A stretch of 63,779 bases of DNA, the filler included, from Octopus bimaculoides (lineage: Eukaryota), in assembly GCF_001194135.2 (NCBI RefSeq). It is 9 parts of 8 records of this genome, joined end to end, with 100 filler letters (N's around TTAATTAATTAA, not from the genome) between each part and the next. Parts side by side here need not be neighbours in the genome. Positions count along the whole stretch, not along the records: positions 45,589 to 51,383 come from NC_068989.1; positions 51,484 to 58,736 come from NC_068998.1; positions 58,837 to 63,779 come from NC_068986.1; 6 more parts are not named here. One strand, 5' to 3'. Under the pieces are notes generated by a model. It was not told where the DNA came from. It searched no databases and saw nothing but the letters and a program-made list of their open reading frames with translations. Positions 48,931 through 63,572 of this stretch are shown piece after piece (the first letter of the stretch is position 1; each line of letters begins with the position of its first letter). The position numbers were made by a program, and so were the translations under genes.

Positions 48931-49933
48931 NNNNNNNNNNNNNNNNNNNNNNNNNNNNNNNNNNNNNNNNNNNNNNNNNNNNNNNNNNNNNNNNNNNNNN
49001 NNNNNNNNNNNNNNNNNNNNNNNNNNNNNNNNNNNNNNNNNNNNNNNNNNNNNNNNNNNNNNNNNNNNNNNNNNNNNNNNNNNNNNNNNNNNNNNNNNNN
49101 NNNNNNNNNNNNNNNNCCACCATCACCATCACCGCTGCTACAATCACCACCACCATCACCACTACCACCACCGCCGCCGCAATCACCATCACTACTGCCA
49201 CCACTCCCACCATCATCATAACCTATCTGTAATCTCCTTCTCTTCCCCTTCATCCCCACCCTCACCAACACTGCTGGAACCTCCACCATTAACAGCAAAA
49301 CCATAAACAACACAAAGAAACAACACTGTCATCAACAACAACAACAGCAACAACAACAATAGGCACAACAACGCTAACAATATTAAACAACACGAGTGAT
49401 TACTGAGAAATTAAGAAAACTTCAAAAGGAAGTTGCTAACTCATTTGTGTGTGTGTGTGTGCGTGGATATGCGTATACAAATATCAATCATACATGTGTA
49501 TACACACACACACACACACACACATACACACATACACACTCATACGCACACATATACATACATATATACATCTCTCTGTACGCACACTTGTTTAAAACGG
49601 CTGCGCATCAAATAATGGCCGGAAGCATGGCAGGGAGGTTACTCTCTGCAAAACCGCTACATTCTGGAAGTAACGTTTTCTAAGCAACCCGTTCAAAGTC
49701 TGAACAATTTCGCCGTCTCTAGAATTACTGAAGACTTCAAGATGGGCGTGATTCTTCTGAGCAAACCATCATACTTCAGTCCAAAACTCTGCGGGGATTC
49801 GTTGAAGAATTTCCGATCGAGGATTTCTTGTTAACTTAAGCGAAATTTGAAGCCTAAACGTTTAACCTATTTGAGTAAACACACTCCTACTTATTTCCCA
49901 CCCTCCAATTTGTAAATAGAATATTAAAATAAT

Positions 49934-50025
<92 letters not shown>

Positions 50026-50442
50026 GAGAACCTCCCAACCCAAATCCCTGAGAAATATCTGCTGGTCGGACCATATGAGAAAAAGACATCATGGATATCA
50101 GATTGATTGCGTCTGGATAACATAAGGATATCATTGGTATTGAACCTAATTGATAAGTTGTATTGGATTTAGCAAACGATCGTTCACCTGCTAGGGTCTG
50201 TGCTGTGCAGCAAGGAGAGCCGGGTTTTTGGCATTAGTTGAACCGGTTACAGCTTGTCAGATCTGAACTTGGCAAAGCAATCTCTATCTCACCCTCACAG
50301 GTTGATGCAGTGGCCTCTATTTCTGACAATTCATAGAGAAACAGTCAACGTTCATATTGAGCATTTCTTCTGTTCATTTTTATCGACAGAATGTTTACCT
50401 ACACACACAGACACACAGACACACAGACACACATATATATAT

Positions 50443-50973
50443 TCAAATATGAATTAGAAGCAGCTCGAGGTATATAAACAAAGTCGAACACGAGGTGTGT
50501 GCGTGTGTTGTTAGTTTGTCGGGTGGCTGCATTTCATAGGCGTAAGAGAATATAATCTCGATGCCCTTGGCGTAAAAACACCTGAAAGCAGATCATAGCC
50601 AAGTAAGACAACTCACACAAGATCCCTTTTCTTTTCTTTTTTTCCGGGGAGACAGACATCGATGTTTCATCATTGTACCGACCAAAGGAGCTGGCTGTGA
50701 GCTGTCTAACTGGCTGTGACTATATGCTAAATGGTTTAAGAGCCATCTGCAGGCATGTCCCAACATGTCATGACACGGAAAAAACTCAAATATGAATTAG
50801 AAGTCGCTTGAAGCATGTAAACAAAATCGAACACGAGGTGTGTGTGAGCGTTGTCAGTTTGTAGGTTGGCTGCATTTTACAGGCGTAAGAGAATATATTC
50901 TCGATGACTTTGGTGTAAAAACACCCGAAAACAGATCATAGCCAAGTGAGACAGCTCACACCAGATCCCTTTT
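50443..50973. repeat. Pair of about 188-bp diverged direct repeats (50443-50630, 50786-50973) with a 155-bp spacer
   Basis: Both run TCAAATATGAATTAGAAG...CAGATCATAGCCAAGT..GATCCCTTTT. Confidence 0.9.
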
Positions 50974-51220
50974 GCCGAACCTCTAAGTTACGGGCACGTA
51001 AACATACCAACACAGGTTGTGAGGTGGTGGAGGGGGACAAACACAAATACAAACATACACACGCACACATAGATATATACATATATATACGACAGGCTTC
51101 TTTCAGTTTCCGCCTATCAAATTCACTTACAAGGCATTGGTCGGCCCGAGGCTATAGTAGAACACATTAAGCCAAGGTATCACGTAGTGGGACTCAACCC
51201 AGAACCATGTGGTTGGAAAG
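50970..51220 (-). mobile_element. SINE family A, partial
   Basis: GGCTTCTTTCAGTTTCCG..GGCTATAGTAGAA..GGGACTCAACCCAGAACCATGTGG. Confidence 0.8.
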
Positions 51221-51511
51221 AGTACAGTGAAATTGCCGTGAGACGAAATTCTGACGCTTCGGACTCAGTCATTTTTCTTGGAAAACATGAATAGGAAATT
51301 AAAGAATTTGCAAGAGATTTCCAGTCTTTCTATGGTAAAACTATATACACACATACATGCATACATATGTACATATATATATANNNNNNNNNNNNNNNNN
51401 NNNNNNNNNNNNNNNNNNNNNNNNNNNTTAATTAATTAANNNNNNNNNNNNNNNNNNNNNNNNNNNNNNNNNNNNNNNNNNNNCGAGTGCCCAAGTGGTA
51501 GATGTCTGAAC

Positions 51512-51574
<63 letters not shown>

Positions 51575-51693
51575 TATATATTATATATACACACACACGC
51601 ACATATATACACACATATATATATATACATATACACACAAACCTATATATATATAATTTGAAATATATATATATATACATGTACGTGAATGCA

Positions 51694-51750
<57 letters not shown>

Positions 51751-51802
51751 CCGTACATATATGTATATATACTCACATGCATATATGTATATATACACAC
51801 AC

Positions 51803-51886
<84 letters not shown>

Positions 51887-52537
51887 TAAATATATATGGA
51901 TGTATGAATATATGTATATATGCGTATGTATATACATGCATGCGTACATACAAACATACACATATACATACTTCCCTTTATTTCTCGCTCTTTTATCCTC
52001 CCTCTCTCACTTTATACATGTGTGTGTATGTGTGAGTGCGTGTGTGAATGTGTGTGCATATAAATATATGCATATATANNNNNNNNNNNNNNNNNNNNNN
52101 NNNNNNNNNNNNNNNNNNNNNNNNNNNNNNNNNNNNNNNNNNNNNNNNNNNNNNNNNNNNNNNNNNNNNNNNNNNNNNNNNNNNNNNNNNNNNNNNNNNN
52201 NNNNNNNNNNNNNNNNNNNNTATGTATGTGTGTGTGTATGTATGTGTGTATATGGCCTTGACAAGGAAGAAACAAACAAAGAGAGAGAATATGTAAATAG
52301 TCCAGTGATATATATTATAAACAGTGATTTCCATGGGAAAAGTGTTGTATAGGAAAGTGGGCCGAACATACACGCACGCACATGCACAAACGCATCCATA
52401 CAGACACTCATATACGCACACATATGCCTAAATTTTGCACGCGTCAGTTTTTCCATACAAAACACATATGCATGCGTGTATATGTGTGTGTGTGTGTATG
52501 GGTTTATATATTGTAGACACACGTGTTTGTGTGAGTG

Positions 52538-52574
<37 letters not shown>

Positions 52575-52971
52575 AACATAGGTACAGTGATACACATGAA
52601 TAAACGCACACAATCGACACATTACATGCATACATATATAGATACATATATACATACAAGCATGCATACATACTCATATAAATGCACACGCATATACACA
52701 CACATACATACATACATACATACATGAGTACGTACATATATACACATACATACATATACACATACATGTATAGAAATACAAACGTACACATACATGCATG
52801 CATACATACATACATACATATATACATATAATCGTGCATATATTGAAATATACACCTATTTACCTGTGCGTAACTCGTTAAAATCTACCTGTCGTGTTAT
52901 CTTCAATGGGCGATCCAACGTGTATAGGTGTTCAGGACAGTTTGATGGGAAACTTTCGGGGCATCTATGGT

Positions 52972-53003
<32 letters not shown>

Positions 53004-54619
53004 AACCATATATATTCGCATAGACACAAACGTACATTGTATATGTGTGTGTGTGTGTGTGTGTGCGTGTGTGTATGTGTGTGTGTATGTGTGTGTATAT
53101 ATATATATATTCGTTTGTATATAGTCACACATATATCTCTATTGTGTAAAAGGTAATTACTGTGGTAATTAAAGCAGCAGTAGTAGTAACAGTAGTAGTA
53201 GTAGTAGTAGTAGTAACAGTAGTAGTAGTAGTAATAGTAGTAGTAGCAGCAGCAGTAGTAGTAGAAGCAACAGCAGCAGTAGTCCCTACTTGCTGTTTTC
53301 TCTCTAGATTCTCTTGGTGGTGGTGTTCGCGCGGTTACAGTATAGAGTAGCGGGTGGTGCTTGGGTGTGTCAGCGGGGGCTGGCAATTTAATTGCCTCTC
53401 AATGTGAAAACTGATTGGATCTTGTTCAAAACGGGGGCACCAGTATTTTCTTAACGAAACACTTTGAAACTTGGGACACTGGTAGAATGTGTCATATAAA
53501 ACATCTTTTTCTCTTAGTCTTCTTAACAAAAAACGTACATCGCAAGTTATTTCATGTTAAAGTTGTCGTATTTCTGTAATTTCAACCAATGACTGACGTC
53601 CATTCAGCCGAATACATTAAGTGCTGACTACGTAAACAAACGATTCTCAAACGATTCTGGCGGTGATAAAATTATTATTTCCTTGTCAAAAAATGGCTGA
53701 AGCATATTGGCAGTAGGGTTAGGGTTAGGCAGTAGCTAATAAACCTTTCATACAGTTCAGGCAGATGTTAACGAAATAAACACGCGTGAAAGAAAATGAA
53801 AAAAGCAAATGTTGTACACATACAGTTCAGGCAGATGTTNNNNNNNNNNNNNNNNNNNNNNNNNNNNNNNNNNNNNNNNNNNNNNNNNNNNNNNNNNNNN
53901 NNNNNNNNNNNNNNNNNNNNNNNNNNNNNNNNNNNNNNNNNNNNNNNNNNNNNNNNNNNNNNNNNNNNNNNNNNNNNNNNNNNNNNNNNNNNNNNNNNNN
54001 NNNNNNNNNNNNNNNNNNNNNNNNNNNNNNNNNNNNNNNNNNNNNNNNNNNNNNNNNNNNNNNNNNNNNNNNNNNNNNNNNNNNNNNNNNNNNNNNNNNN
54101 NNNNNNNNNNNNNNNNNNNNNNNNNNNNNNNNNNNNNNNNNNNNNNNNNNNNNNNNNNNNNNNNNNNNNNNNNNNNNNNNNNNNNNNNNNNNNNNNNNNN
54201 NNNNNNNNNNNNNNNNNNNNNNNNNNNNNNNNNNNNNNNNNNNNNNNNNNNNNNNNNNNNNNNNNNNNNNNNNNNNNNNNNNNNNNNGGGGGGGGGGGAT
54301 TGAATTCGTGTATACATACATACATACTTCAATGTATGTGCGTGTGTTTGTGCTAGTGCGTGCGTATGTATATCCGTCTCTGTCTGTCTGCCTATCTATA
54401 TGTATGCGTGCGGGCGTGTGTGTGTGTGTGCATGTGTGTGTGTGTGTGTATGTGTGTGTGCGTGTGTTTGTATGTGCATATATTTATTCATGCATATTAT
54501 GCGGGTGCGATTATTTTGCTGTCTCTCCTCGTCTTCTGTAACTTAGTGGTTCAACAAATAGGGGTCCGACAGAATATATCAGTCCAATGGTGATATTCAG
54601 TAAAAACATAAATAAACCT

Positions 54620-55017
54620 TTTATCTTTTGCTTGTCTCTGTCATTATACTGCGGCCATACTGGGGCACCGACTTGAAGAATTTTTAGCCGAATGAGTCGA
54701 CCCGGGGGCTTAGTTTTCTAAAGTCTGATACTTGTTCTATCATTCTCTTTTGCTGAACTGCTATGTTACGGGGACGTAAACACACTAACACCGGCTGTCA
54801 AGCGGTGAAGGGAGGACAAATACAGACACACATATAGATACACACACACACATATACGACGAGCTTCTTTCAGTTTCCGTCAACTAAATCCACTCAGGTT
54901 TTGGTCGGCTTGAGGATATAACAGAAAACACTTGCCTAAAGTGCCACGCTGCGGGACTGAACCCGGAACCATGTGGTTGAGAAACAAGCTTCTTACTCCA
55001 TATCCACGCCTATGCCT
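54620..55017 (-). mobile_element. SINE family A, full length, diverged
   Basis: Head, body and tail all recognisable. Confidence 0.8.
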
Positions 55018-55070
55018 ATATTTAAAATTATGGGACACTTCACGAATTTGCGTGTCACGTATTTTTTAAA

Positions 55071-55666
55071 TTCTTTTACTTGTTTCAGTCATTTGACTGC
55101 GGCCATGCTGGAGCACCGCTTTAGTCGAGCAAATCGAACCCAAGACTTATTCTTTGTAAGCCTAGTACTTATTCTATCGGTCTCTTTTGCCGAACCGCTA
55201 AGTTACGGGGGTCGTAAACACACCAACGTCGGTTGTCAGGCGATGGTGGGAGGGCAAACACAGACACACACATACATATATATANNNNNNNNNNNNNNNN
55301 NNNNNNNNNNNNNNNNNNNNNNNNNNNNNNNNNNNNNNNNNNNNNNNNNNNNNNNNNNNNNNNNNNNNNNNNNNNNNNNNNNNNNNNNNNNNNNNNNNNN
55401 NNNNNNNNNNNNNNNNNNNNNNNNNNNNNNNNNNNNNNNNNNNNNNNNNNNNNNNNNNNNNNNNNNNNNNNNNNNNNNNNNNNNNNNNNNNNTATATATA
55501 TATATATATACGACAGGCTTCTTTCAGTTTCCGTTTATCAAATCCATTTACAAGGCTTTGGTCGGCCCCAGGCTATAGTAGAAGACACTTGCCCAAGGTG
55601 CCACGCAGTGGGACTGAACCCGGAACCATGTGATTGAGAAGCAAGCTTCTTACCACACAGCCACTC
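55071..55666 (-). mobile_element. SINE family A, full length, internal microsatellite gapped
   Basis: TTCTTTTACTTGTTTCAGTCATTTGACTGCGGCCATGCTGG ... GGGACTGAACCCGGAACCATGTG..CTTACCACACAGCCACTC. Confidence 0.88.
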
Positions 55667-58070
55667 AGTACAATTGAAGTGAATGACTTTAAGTTGTCAG
55701 TACTCCGAGTTACACATTTTCGTCCTTTCCTCTAAGTAATGGGTGGAGGTTTTTACCGCTAAGATTATTTGATCCTTATTCGTTTACATTAGATGTGTTC
55801 GTATTAGAAACGTCGTAACTTTCAGAGCTGGTTCTAATTTCTATAGAAAATATGCAGAGATACATTTAAAAATCGCACTGCTAACACAGATAGAACTTAT
55901 AAGCCTTTAATATACTTGGTAGCCTATTATGGTTGCATAACTAATACGGTGTTCCTACAAGTAATTAATATATATATCAGTGGCGACTCCGGCACACGGG
56001 CTGTTCGGGCTTAGTCCGAGTATATATTTAGTAAAGTGAACGTGTATTTACAAGCTGATTTAATTTCTGCCAACACTGAATTTAAGCATGTAATTTCAGC
56101 CAATAACACGGGCTCCTTTTATTGAACCTGGTCGCAGTTCTTTATTTTTGTTCAGCGTCTGACGGTCGCCTTTAGAAGTTCCCTGTGTCAAAAAATATCA
56201 TTCGTAGCAGACGTCCTCTCGACATCGTTCACAGGCGCCTGACTCGGTCTCAGAAGTTACTGCCCGAGTTGTTATCTATAATCGTATAAGTTAAAATTAA
56301 TTCAAATTCTATGTTTTCTTGAAACAATAAATTTCTATAGAGATTAGGATTTAAATTCCAATCTATGAAAAGTTTCTGTTCTGCAATATTCTTAAAGGAA
56401 CGAAAACTTATCCAGCAACTCGGGATAATACGAACGAGCCTGGTAGGTGAAAAAGGCTAACTAGCATCTCTTATATCGGAAGCGACTCCAGGTCATTAGC
56501 GTCACTCGGGCTCATCACAGATTTCGCATAAGGCACATGCCTGCTCGAAGAATTTCCCGTTTTTCCGCAATATTTCTAGCCCCAAATGGCTTACTTTTTT
56601 CATCTAGCACTATGTCTTTCTGCATTTCTAAATTAAAGGCAAAAATAAAGCAACCCTGCAAAACAAAACTGGTCTTTACACACAGATGCACAGAACAACA
56701 GCAATCAAATAAAAACAGCGAAGTGCACGACAAACATCAGTGATCTGACTGTCGCCTGTACTCTTGACAAGAGATGCCAGTTAGCCTTTTACACACACAT
56801 ATATATATGTATGTATATATTTCTATAATATATATATGCGTATTGTATATAAATATAGGTGTATATGTGTGTATGTAGGTATACTTATGTGCAGACACAC
56901 ACACATATATATGTATGTGAGTATACGTACATACACACAAATATAGATATATATATATACACACACACAATTCTTCGAAACATATGTCGGAATAAAGTAT
57001 GCAGTTATAACATGCGTTTTCTCCATTCCTTAAATTTTTAAATATACTCAAATACCCAAAATATCAAGGAGTTTCAGCCTCACTAACAGGAATTACACCA
57101 CAGTTATTTTGTGATCTTTGCTACCTTGGTTTCTATTAACCCATTTATTCTATCCGAATTATTATTTATTAGGATAGAATAAATACATATAATCATATAT
57201 ATATGTATATATATATATATATATATATNNNNNNNNNNNNNNNNNNNNNNNNNNNNNNNNNNNNNNNNNNNNNNNNNNNNNNNNNNNNNNNNNNNNNNNN
57301 NNNNNNNNNNNNNNNNNNNNNNNNNNNNNNNNNNNNNNNNNNNNNNNNNNNNNNNNNNNNNNNNNNNNNNNNNNNNNNNNNNNNNNNNNNNNNNNNNNNN
57401 NNNNNNNNNNNNNNNNNNNNNNNNNNNNNNNNNNNNNNNNNNNNNNNNNNNNNNNNNNNNNNNNNNNNNNNNNNNNNNNNNNNNNNNNNNNNNNNNNNNN
57501 NNNNNNNNNNNNNNNNNNNNNNNNNNNNNNNNNNNNNNNNNNNNNNNNNNNNNNNNNNNNNNNNNNNNNNNNNNNNNNNNNNNNNNNNNNNNNNNNNNNN
57601 NNNNNNNNNNNNNNNNNNNNNNNNNNNNNNNNNNNNNNNNNNNNNNNNNNNNNNNNNNNNNNNNNNNNNNNNNNNNNNNNNNNNNNNNNNNNNNNNNNNN
57701 NNNNNNNNNNNNNNNNNNNNNNNNNNNNNNNNNNNNNNNNNNNNNNNNNNNNNNNNNNNNNNNNNNNNNNNNNNNNNNNNNNNNNNNNNNNNNNNNNNNN
57801 NNNNNNNNNNNNNNNNNNNNNNNNNNNNNNNNNNNNNNNNNNNNNNNNNNNNNNNNNNNNNNNNNNNNNNNNNNNNNNNNNNNNNNNNNNNNNNNNNNNN
57901 NNNNNNNNNNNNNNNNNNNNNNNNNNNNNNNNNNNNNNNNNNNNNNNNNNNNNNNNNNNNNNNNNNNNNNNNNNNNNNNNNNNNNNNNNNNNNNNNNNNN
58001 NNNNNNNNNNNNNNNNNNNNNNNNNNNNNNNNNNNNNNNNNNNNNNNNNNNNNNNNNNNNNNNNNNNNNN

Positions 58071-58121
<51 letters not shown>

Positions 58122-58195
58122 TACACACACACATACATGGCTAATAGACCATGTAAATATTCTATACTACCATAGCACTGGCACCCACACACAAG

Positions 58196-58251
<56 letters not shown>

Positions 58252-58836
58252 TAAGTATTTATCTAAACATATTACGGAGAGAACGTTTAGATGCAATGTG
58301 CAAAAACAAATATCAAAAACTCCTTACCAGTCGAAATATGCTCGAGATCAACGCGAACCCGTAAGAAAATCATTCACTGTATTTTGTCATGGAGAAAATT
58401 TCTCGCTGTCGACAAACAGGCGAAAATACAATATGCCGTTTCGAAGTGTCCCACCCACTATCGACTGTTATCTATGTGCGCATTTCGGAGTAGTTATCTC
58501 CTCAGTATCAGACACTGGCAAGGGTAAGCGCTCCAAACTGACAAAGAGGCAAAAGTACAGTGAATGGCTTTCTTACATGTTCGAATACTTGAACAGATAA
58601 CACGTTTATATTTGAACAGATAACACGTTTTACTGATTGTTAAACGAATATATCCTGTTTGTTGATCTTTGATCACGCGCTTCTGGCTTTTTGTTTTGTT
58701 TTGAACCATATACATACATATATATATATATATATANNNNNNNNNNNNNNNNNNNNNNNNNNNNNNNNNNNNNNNNNNNNTTAATTAATTAANNNNNNNN
58801 NNNNNNNNNNNNNNNNNNNNNNNNNNNNNNNNNNNN

Positions 58837-60059
58837 TGTTCCTATAACCTGTGTTAATTCTGTAACCCTTTAAAATGGAAAGTAAGAAAGTTCATTTCGG
58901 CACTTGATGCTTTTCTTTCACCGTAAAGGGAGAAATGCCTCACAAGCAACCAAAGAAATATGCGCAGTTTACGGTGATGTTTCTCTATCCGAAAGAACTG
59001 TACAGAAGTGGTTCGCAAGGTTCCGAGCTGGAGATTGAAGCCTTATTGATAAAGAACGATCAGGCAGACCATCCACTACAGATGACGACTAAATCAAGTC
59101 ATTATCTGAGAATAACCCACATTGCACAACCGGAGAATTGGCAGAACGCCTCAACCTATCAAAATCCGTCGTTCATGAGCACGTGGTAAAGCATGGACAC
59201 ATAAATCGCGACGATGTTTGGGTACCACATGAGTTGAGTGAGAAGAACCTTTTGGATCACATTTCCATCTGGGATTCGCTTTATAAACGGAATAAAAAAG
59301 ACGCGCCTTTATTAAAGCAAATTGTGACAGGTGATTAGAAATGGATTATCTACCGAAATGTTCAGAGAAAGCGATCCTGGAGNNNNNNNNNNTAAAGCAA
59401 ATTGTGACAGGTGATTAGAAATGGATTATCTACCGAAATGTTCAGAGAAAGCGATCCTGGAGTAAGCGATATGAGCCACCCTTAGCCACCCCAAAAGTGG
59501 GTCTTCACCCTAAAAAGGTCTTGCTTTGTATCTGGTGGGATTGGGAAAGAATTCTGTACTATGAGCTTCTCCCAAGTAACCAGACAATTAATTATGAGAA
59601 ATATTGCACACAACCGGACGAGTTAAAAGCAGCAATTCAAGAGAAACGTCCAGAATTGCCAACAGGAAGGGTGTTGTTTTCCAAAATGATAATGCAAGAC
59701 CGCACGTTTCTTTGGGAACCAGACAAAAATTGCTGCAGCTCGGCTGGGATGTGTTACCTCACCCTTCATATTCAGCAGATATTGCTCCTTCGGATTTCCA
59801 CTTATTCAGTTCTCTGCAGAATAGTCTTAATGGTAAAAATTGCCATTCTTTGGATGACGTAAAAAGATACCTTAATGAATTTTTTGCCATGAAACCACCT
59901 CAATTCTGGGAAGAGGATATTTTCAAGTTAAAGGAAAGATAGAGACGCATTGTGCAACAAAATGTTTCATATTTGGTTGATTAAAAATGTAATGGTAAGT
60001 ATTTACTGACCTTTTTCTTTCCTTTAAAAATCGCCACGAACTTTCCGTACAACCCAATA
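58837..60059 (+). mobile_element. Near-full-length mariner (D,D34D) transposon, transposase 58875-59984 disrupted
   Basis: MESKKVH start, KWFARFR, WVPHEL, IVTGD*KWI, HPKKVLLCIWWD, QNDNARPH, HPSYSADIAPSDFHLF. Right TIR ..ACTTTCCGTACAACCCAATA; left TIR lost at the linker. Confidence 0.93.
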
Positions 60060-63000
60060 TTTTACCACAATTTTTATTGGCTAGTGTTAACCTTGGGTTA
60101 AACAGCAACGAGTCAAATATTTTAAACATACAGGGAAATAATTTTTTATCGTGAATTGAAGTTTTGCTTAGCAAAATGTATAACAGAGGGATATGATTTA
60201 GTCACGCAGTGATGATCTGTCAAGAGGATCATATATTTTGTTTATTCCCTAGATCAACCTTGAAGAAGCTGATCTATCGTAAAATTCCATCCAGTCACGA
60301 TCATAATATTGTTTTAGGGCTACCAAGATGACACCATGTCCTGGACAAGATATTAAACTTCATCCGGCGGTGGGGCTCCAGCTTGAGAATTCAGGAATTT
60401 TGGGGAATCTGAAGTTGCCACTACTTTCAGTTCAGTTCTGGAACCGGGATGGTAATACTTATCAATGGTTCCAGGTAAGAGTCAAATAGGAAAACATTGT
60501 TCTGTAAGTAATGCATGTAGTAGTTCGGGGTTGGCCTAACGTTATGTCGACATGCCCTGATAACACGTAAACCAGCTACCTTGGATATAGGTTAAATAGG
60601 TCTTGTTCCTCAAGGACAGGCTCATGAGAGTAGAATATCGCAGTAAACTGCAAATAAACGCTGAAAGCAATGAAAAATCAATGCTTTATCTTGCCCAAGA
60701 AAAATCATGAACTTTTACACATTGGCACGGAGGATCATGGCTTCCGACATCTGTTTACTCGATACATGGAGAAAGAGAAAGAAGAAGAAGAAGAGAAAGG
60801 GAGAAGACTACATTAACTTTTGCGTCCAGCCTTTTTTAAATAGGATTAGCATTGAAGCAGGTCACTCGCCTCCACGAAAAACACTGGAGAATGCAGTCAT
60901 AAATGCAATATGCCGAAACTGAAAAATAGTCAGATGGTTACGGCTAGAATCATTTGATCACAAGTCTGACATGAGATGCAACATCAATAAAATCTTTATT
61001 CATTATTTTAAAATGACATTCTTTAAAGCAATTCAGATTTCTGGCCATGACGCAAAACAATATTGTAGTAAATATTGTAGTAGTTTGGAAGCGCTGAGAG
61101 AAGCATACCATTGCCGTACACAGATTTCTGTCTCTGTGTTGACATGTAGCAATTAGTTGATTGCCAGATTTTCCATTTCTTTCTTGCAGCAAATGTCGGT
61201 CATTTTAATTGACGGTTTTTCTTGTTGTTTGTTTTCTATACTCGTTCTTGTATTGCACCATCATAATTGCAAAACTTAGTTTGCTTTATCTTTTGAATTT
61301 TAGCTAAAAGCAGTTTTTTTAATCCTCAATATCACTATAATATAGGCAGAAATTTGAGCGGAGAGAGTATGATTCCACTGAACGAATAGGTTTCGTATCT
61401 TTGCACCAACACAGCATTGTGCTTCTGCCAATATTCTCAACACTTTGTAACTAGTCCCTCGTGACGTCTATCTAGCTAATAATTATGAGCCAGGAGTACA
61501 CAATTCACTGCTGAAAGGAGAAGGAGCACTATGTAATTAGTGAACGTTTCATTAGCTCGTGTTACTAAGTTCAAGGCATAATTGAAGCTATCAGCCTAGT
61601 TGTGGCTGTGATTCAACTACTTCTATCCTTGATAGTTAGTAGTAATTTATATTAATAAATGATTCATCCCCTTAAGTGTATAAGTATGATTATGTATCTG
61701 TATGAACGTACATATATCTGTGTGCGCATACGAGTGTGTGGCTTTTAACCTAAATCTCCTTCTAGACAATATGTGTAATGTTGACGTTAAATATGATAAC
61801 GTGACTTGACTCTTTTGAAGTTCATTAAAGAAGTATTTTAAATCGCGTGAGTATTGGTAATAGAAAGAGATTGAAGCATACACAAACCTAGAGAAGAGAG
61901 AAAGATAGAGAGATGTTGCACAGAGAAAATTCATTCTGTTCTAAACTCTTACAATAATGTCCATTATGTGTAAGGAAAAGTTCCTATTTCATGCAACGGA
62001 AACAATTATGAATAATTGAATGCATACAGGAAAAGGTGCATACAGGCAAGCGCAGCTGGTGCAATGAAGCTCTGTTATTATTCAACGCAACCGTCTTAAT
62101 CAGTTTCTTAAATCTTTCACACATTATTCAAAACCCCACTTTTTATTTTGTTATGACTAAATTGATCTGGATGAAAGAGGTACGTACGCCGAAGGTTTTC
62201 ACAGCACCACTATAACAAGTGAGATCGACACGGCTCACATCCATCTAGAACCGTTGCAACTTACTTGCGAGGATGACGCGTGCGTTCGATCATGTAATAC
62301 AAATAATATATGAGTATATGCATATATACGTACATATATGTACATACCTAGATCTACATGTATATATAGATGCATATCTAGGTACAGGACGTTGCAAATA
62401 AACGTGGACAAAATGATGAACAGAGTACAGAAAACACACAGGTCACATAGAGAACATTCCTTCATCAGCTGCCACCATTCTAAAACTAAGCGTTTCGAAG
62501 AGTTAGGGCAGGACGCATTGTTAGAATGGCTCTTCCCACGGACCACAATTTAAATTTGTACCGTGGAGGAATGTAGCGGCGGACAGAAAACAAGACAGGA
62601 AAACAAAACATTGAAAATAAACAAGAAGGGCTATACGGCCAGACGTGAAAAAAAATGTGCATACTGAACGCTGTGAAGTAACGAACTGGAAGGAAGAGAG
62701 ACGAAGAATATCCGTGCGAGCTTGGCGATGGGCAAGGTCAGAAAGGAAGTAGTAGCCGGACACATGTGACCAGTGAGGGGGTAAGGAGAAAGAGTGGTAG
62801 AGGGAGAAAAAGTCTAGGAAGTAGAATATAGGTGAGCAACGAGAGACAGGGAGGAAGAGAGAGATATAGTAGTGAAGGGGAGAGGCGAAGAACAACAGAA
62901 TGAAGAACGAGAGGGAGAGAAAGATACAAAGATACATACATATACATATGCATAGACACACATATATATACGTATATGTATGCACGGATAGATGGATATA

Positions 63001-63541
63001 CATACATATATAAATAAAATTATAATTAAGGGTATCTAAGAGATACCACCATGCTANNNNNNNNNNNNNNNNNNNNNNNNNNNNNNNNNNNNNNNNNNNN
63101 NNNNNNNNNNNNNNNNNNNNNNNNNNNNNNNNNNNNNNNNNNNNNNNNNNNNNNNNNNNNNNNNNNNNNNNNNNNNNNNNNNNNNNNNNNNNNNNNNNNN
63201 NNNNNNNNNNNNNNNNNNNNNNNNNNNNNNNNNNNNNNNNNNNNNNNNNNNNNNNNNNNNNNNNNNNNNNNNNNNNNNNNNNNNNNNNNNNNNNNNNNNN
63301 NNNNNNNNNNNNNNNNNNNNNNNNNNNNNNNNNNNNNNNNNNNNNNNNNNNNNNNNNNNNNNNNNNNNNNNNNNNNNNNNNNNNNNNNNNNNNNNNNNNN
63401 NNNNNNNNNNNNNNNNNNNNNNNNNATATTATATATAAAGTTCATGTATATGATTATTTTCTAATTATGATTTATGTATATATATGCATATATTGCATGT
63501 ACCTCTATGAATAATACATACACCGGCATTTATGTATTCAT

Positions 63542-63572
<31 letters not shown>

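Noticed and set aside
53748-53839. 21-bp direct repeat CATACAGTTCAGGCAGATGTT as a TSD
   Set aside because: The second copy abuts a gap and the enclosed 50 bp has no element features; possibly an assembly effect.
56595-56627. Possible 33-nt minus-strand microexon (TTTAATTTAG|..MQKDIVLDEK..|GTAAGC)
   Set aside because: Good splice signals, but no recognisable homology or neighbouring exons; needs RNA-seq to be supportable.
59313-59462. 70-bp exact duplication inside the mariner transposase
   Set aside because: The two identical copies flank a 10-N gap; typical unmerged contig overlap.
62455-62505. Minus-strand GAAAC..GUU..CUGAUGA arrangement resembling a type-II hammerhead
   Set aside because: Stem I cannot form and stem II is at most 3 weak pairs; compatible with chance.
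60060-63000. Unique-looking sequence as host exons or promoter
   Set aside because: Short ORFs show no recognisable domains or consistent exon chain.
8494-63464. Dozens of long ORFs in the track made of poly-I/Y/M/S/H/T/CV or X runs
   Set aside because: They are translations of (AT)n, (AAT)n, (CAT)n, (GT)n, (GA)n microsatellites and N gaps, not genes.
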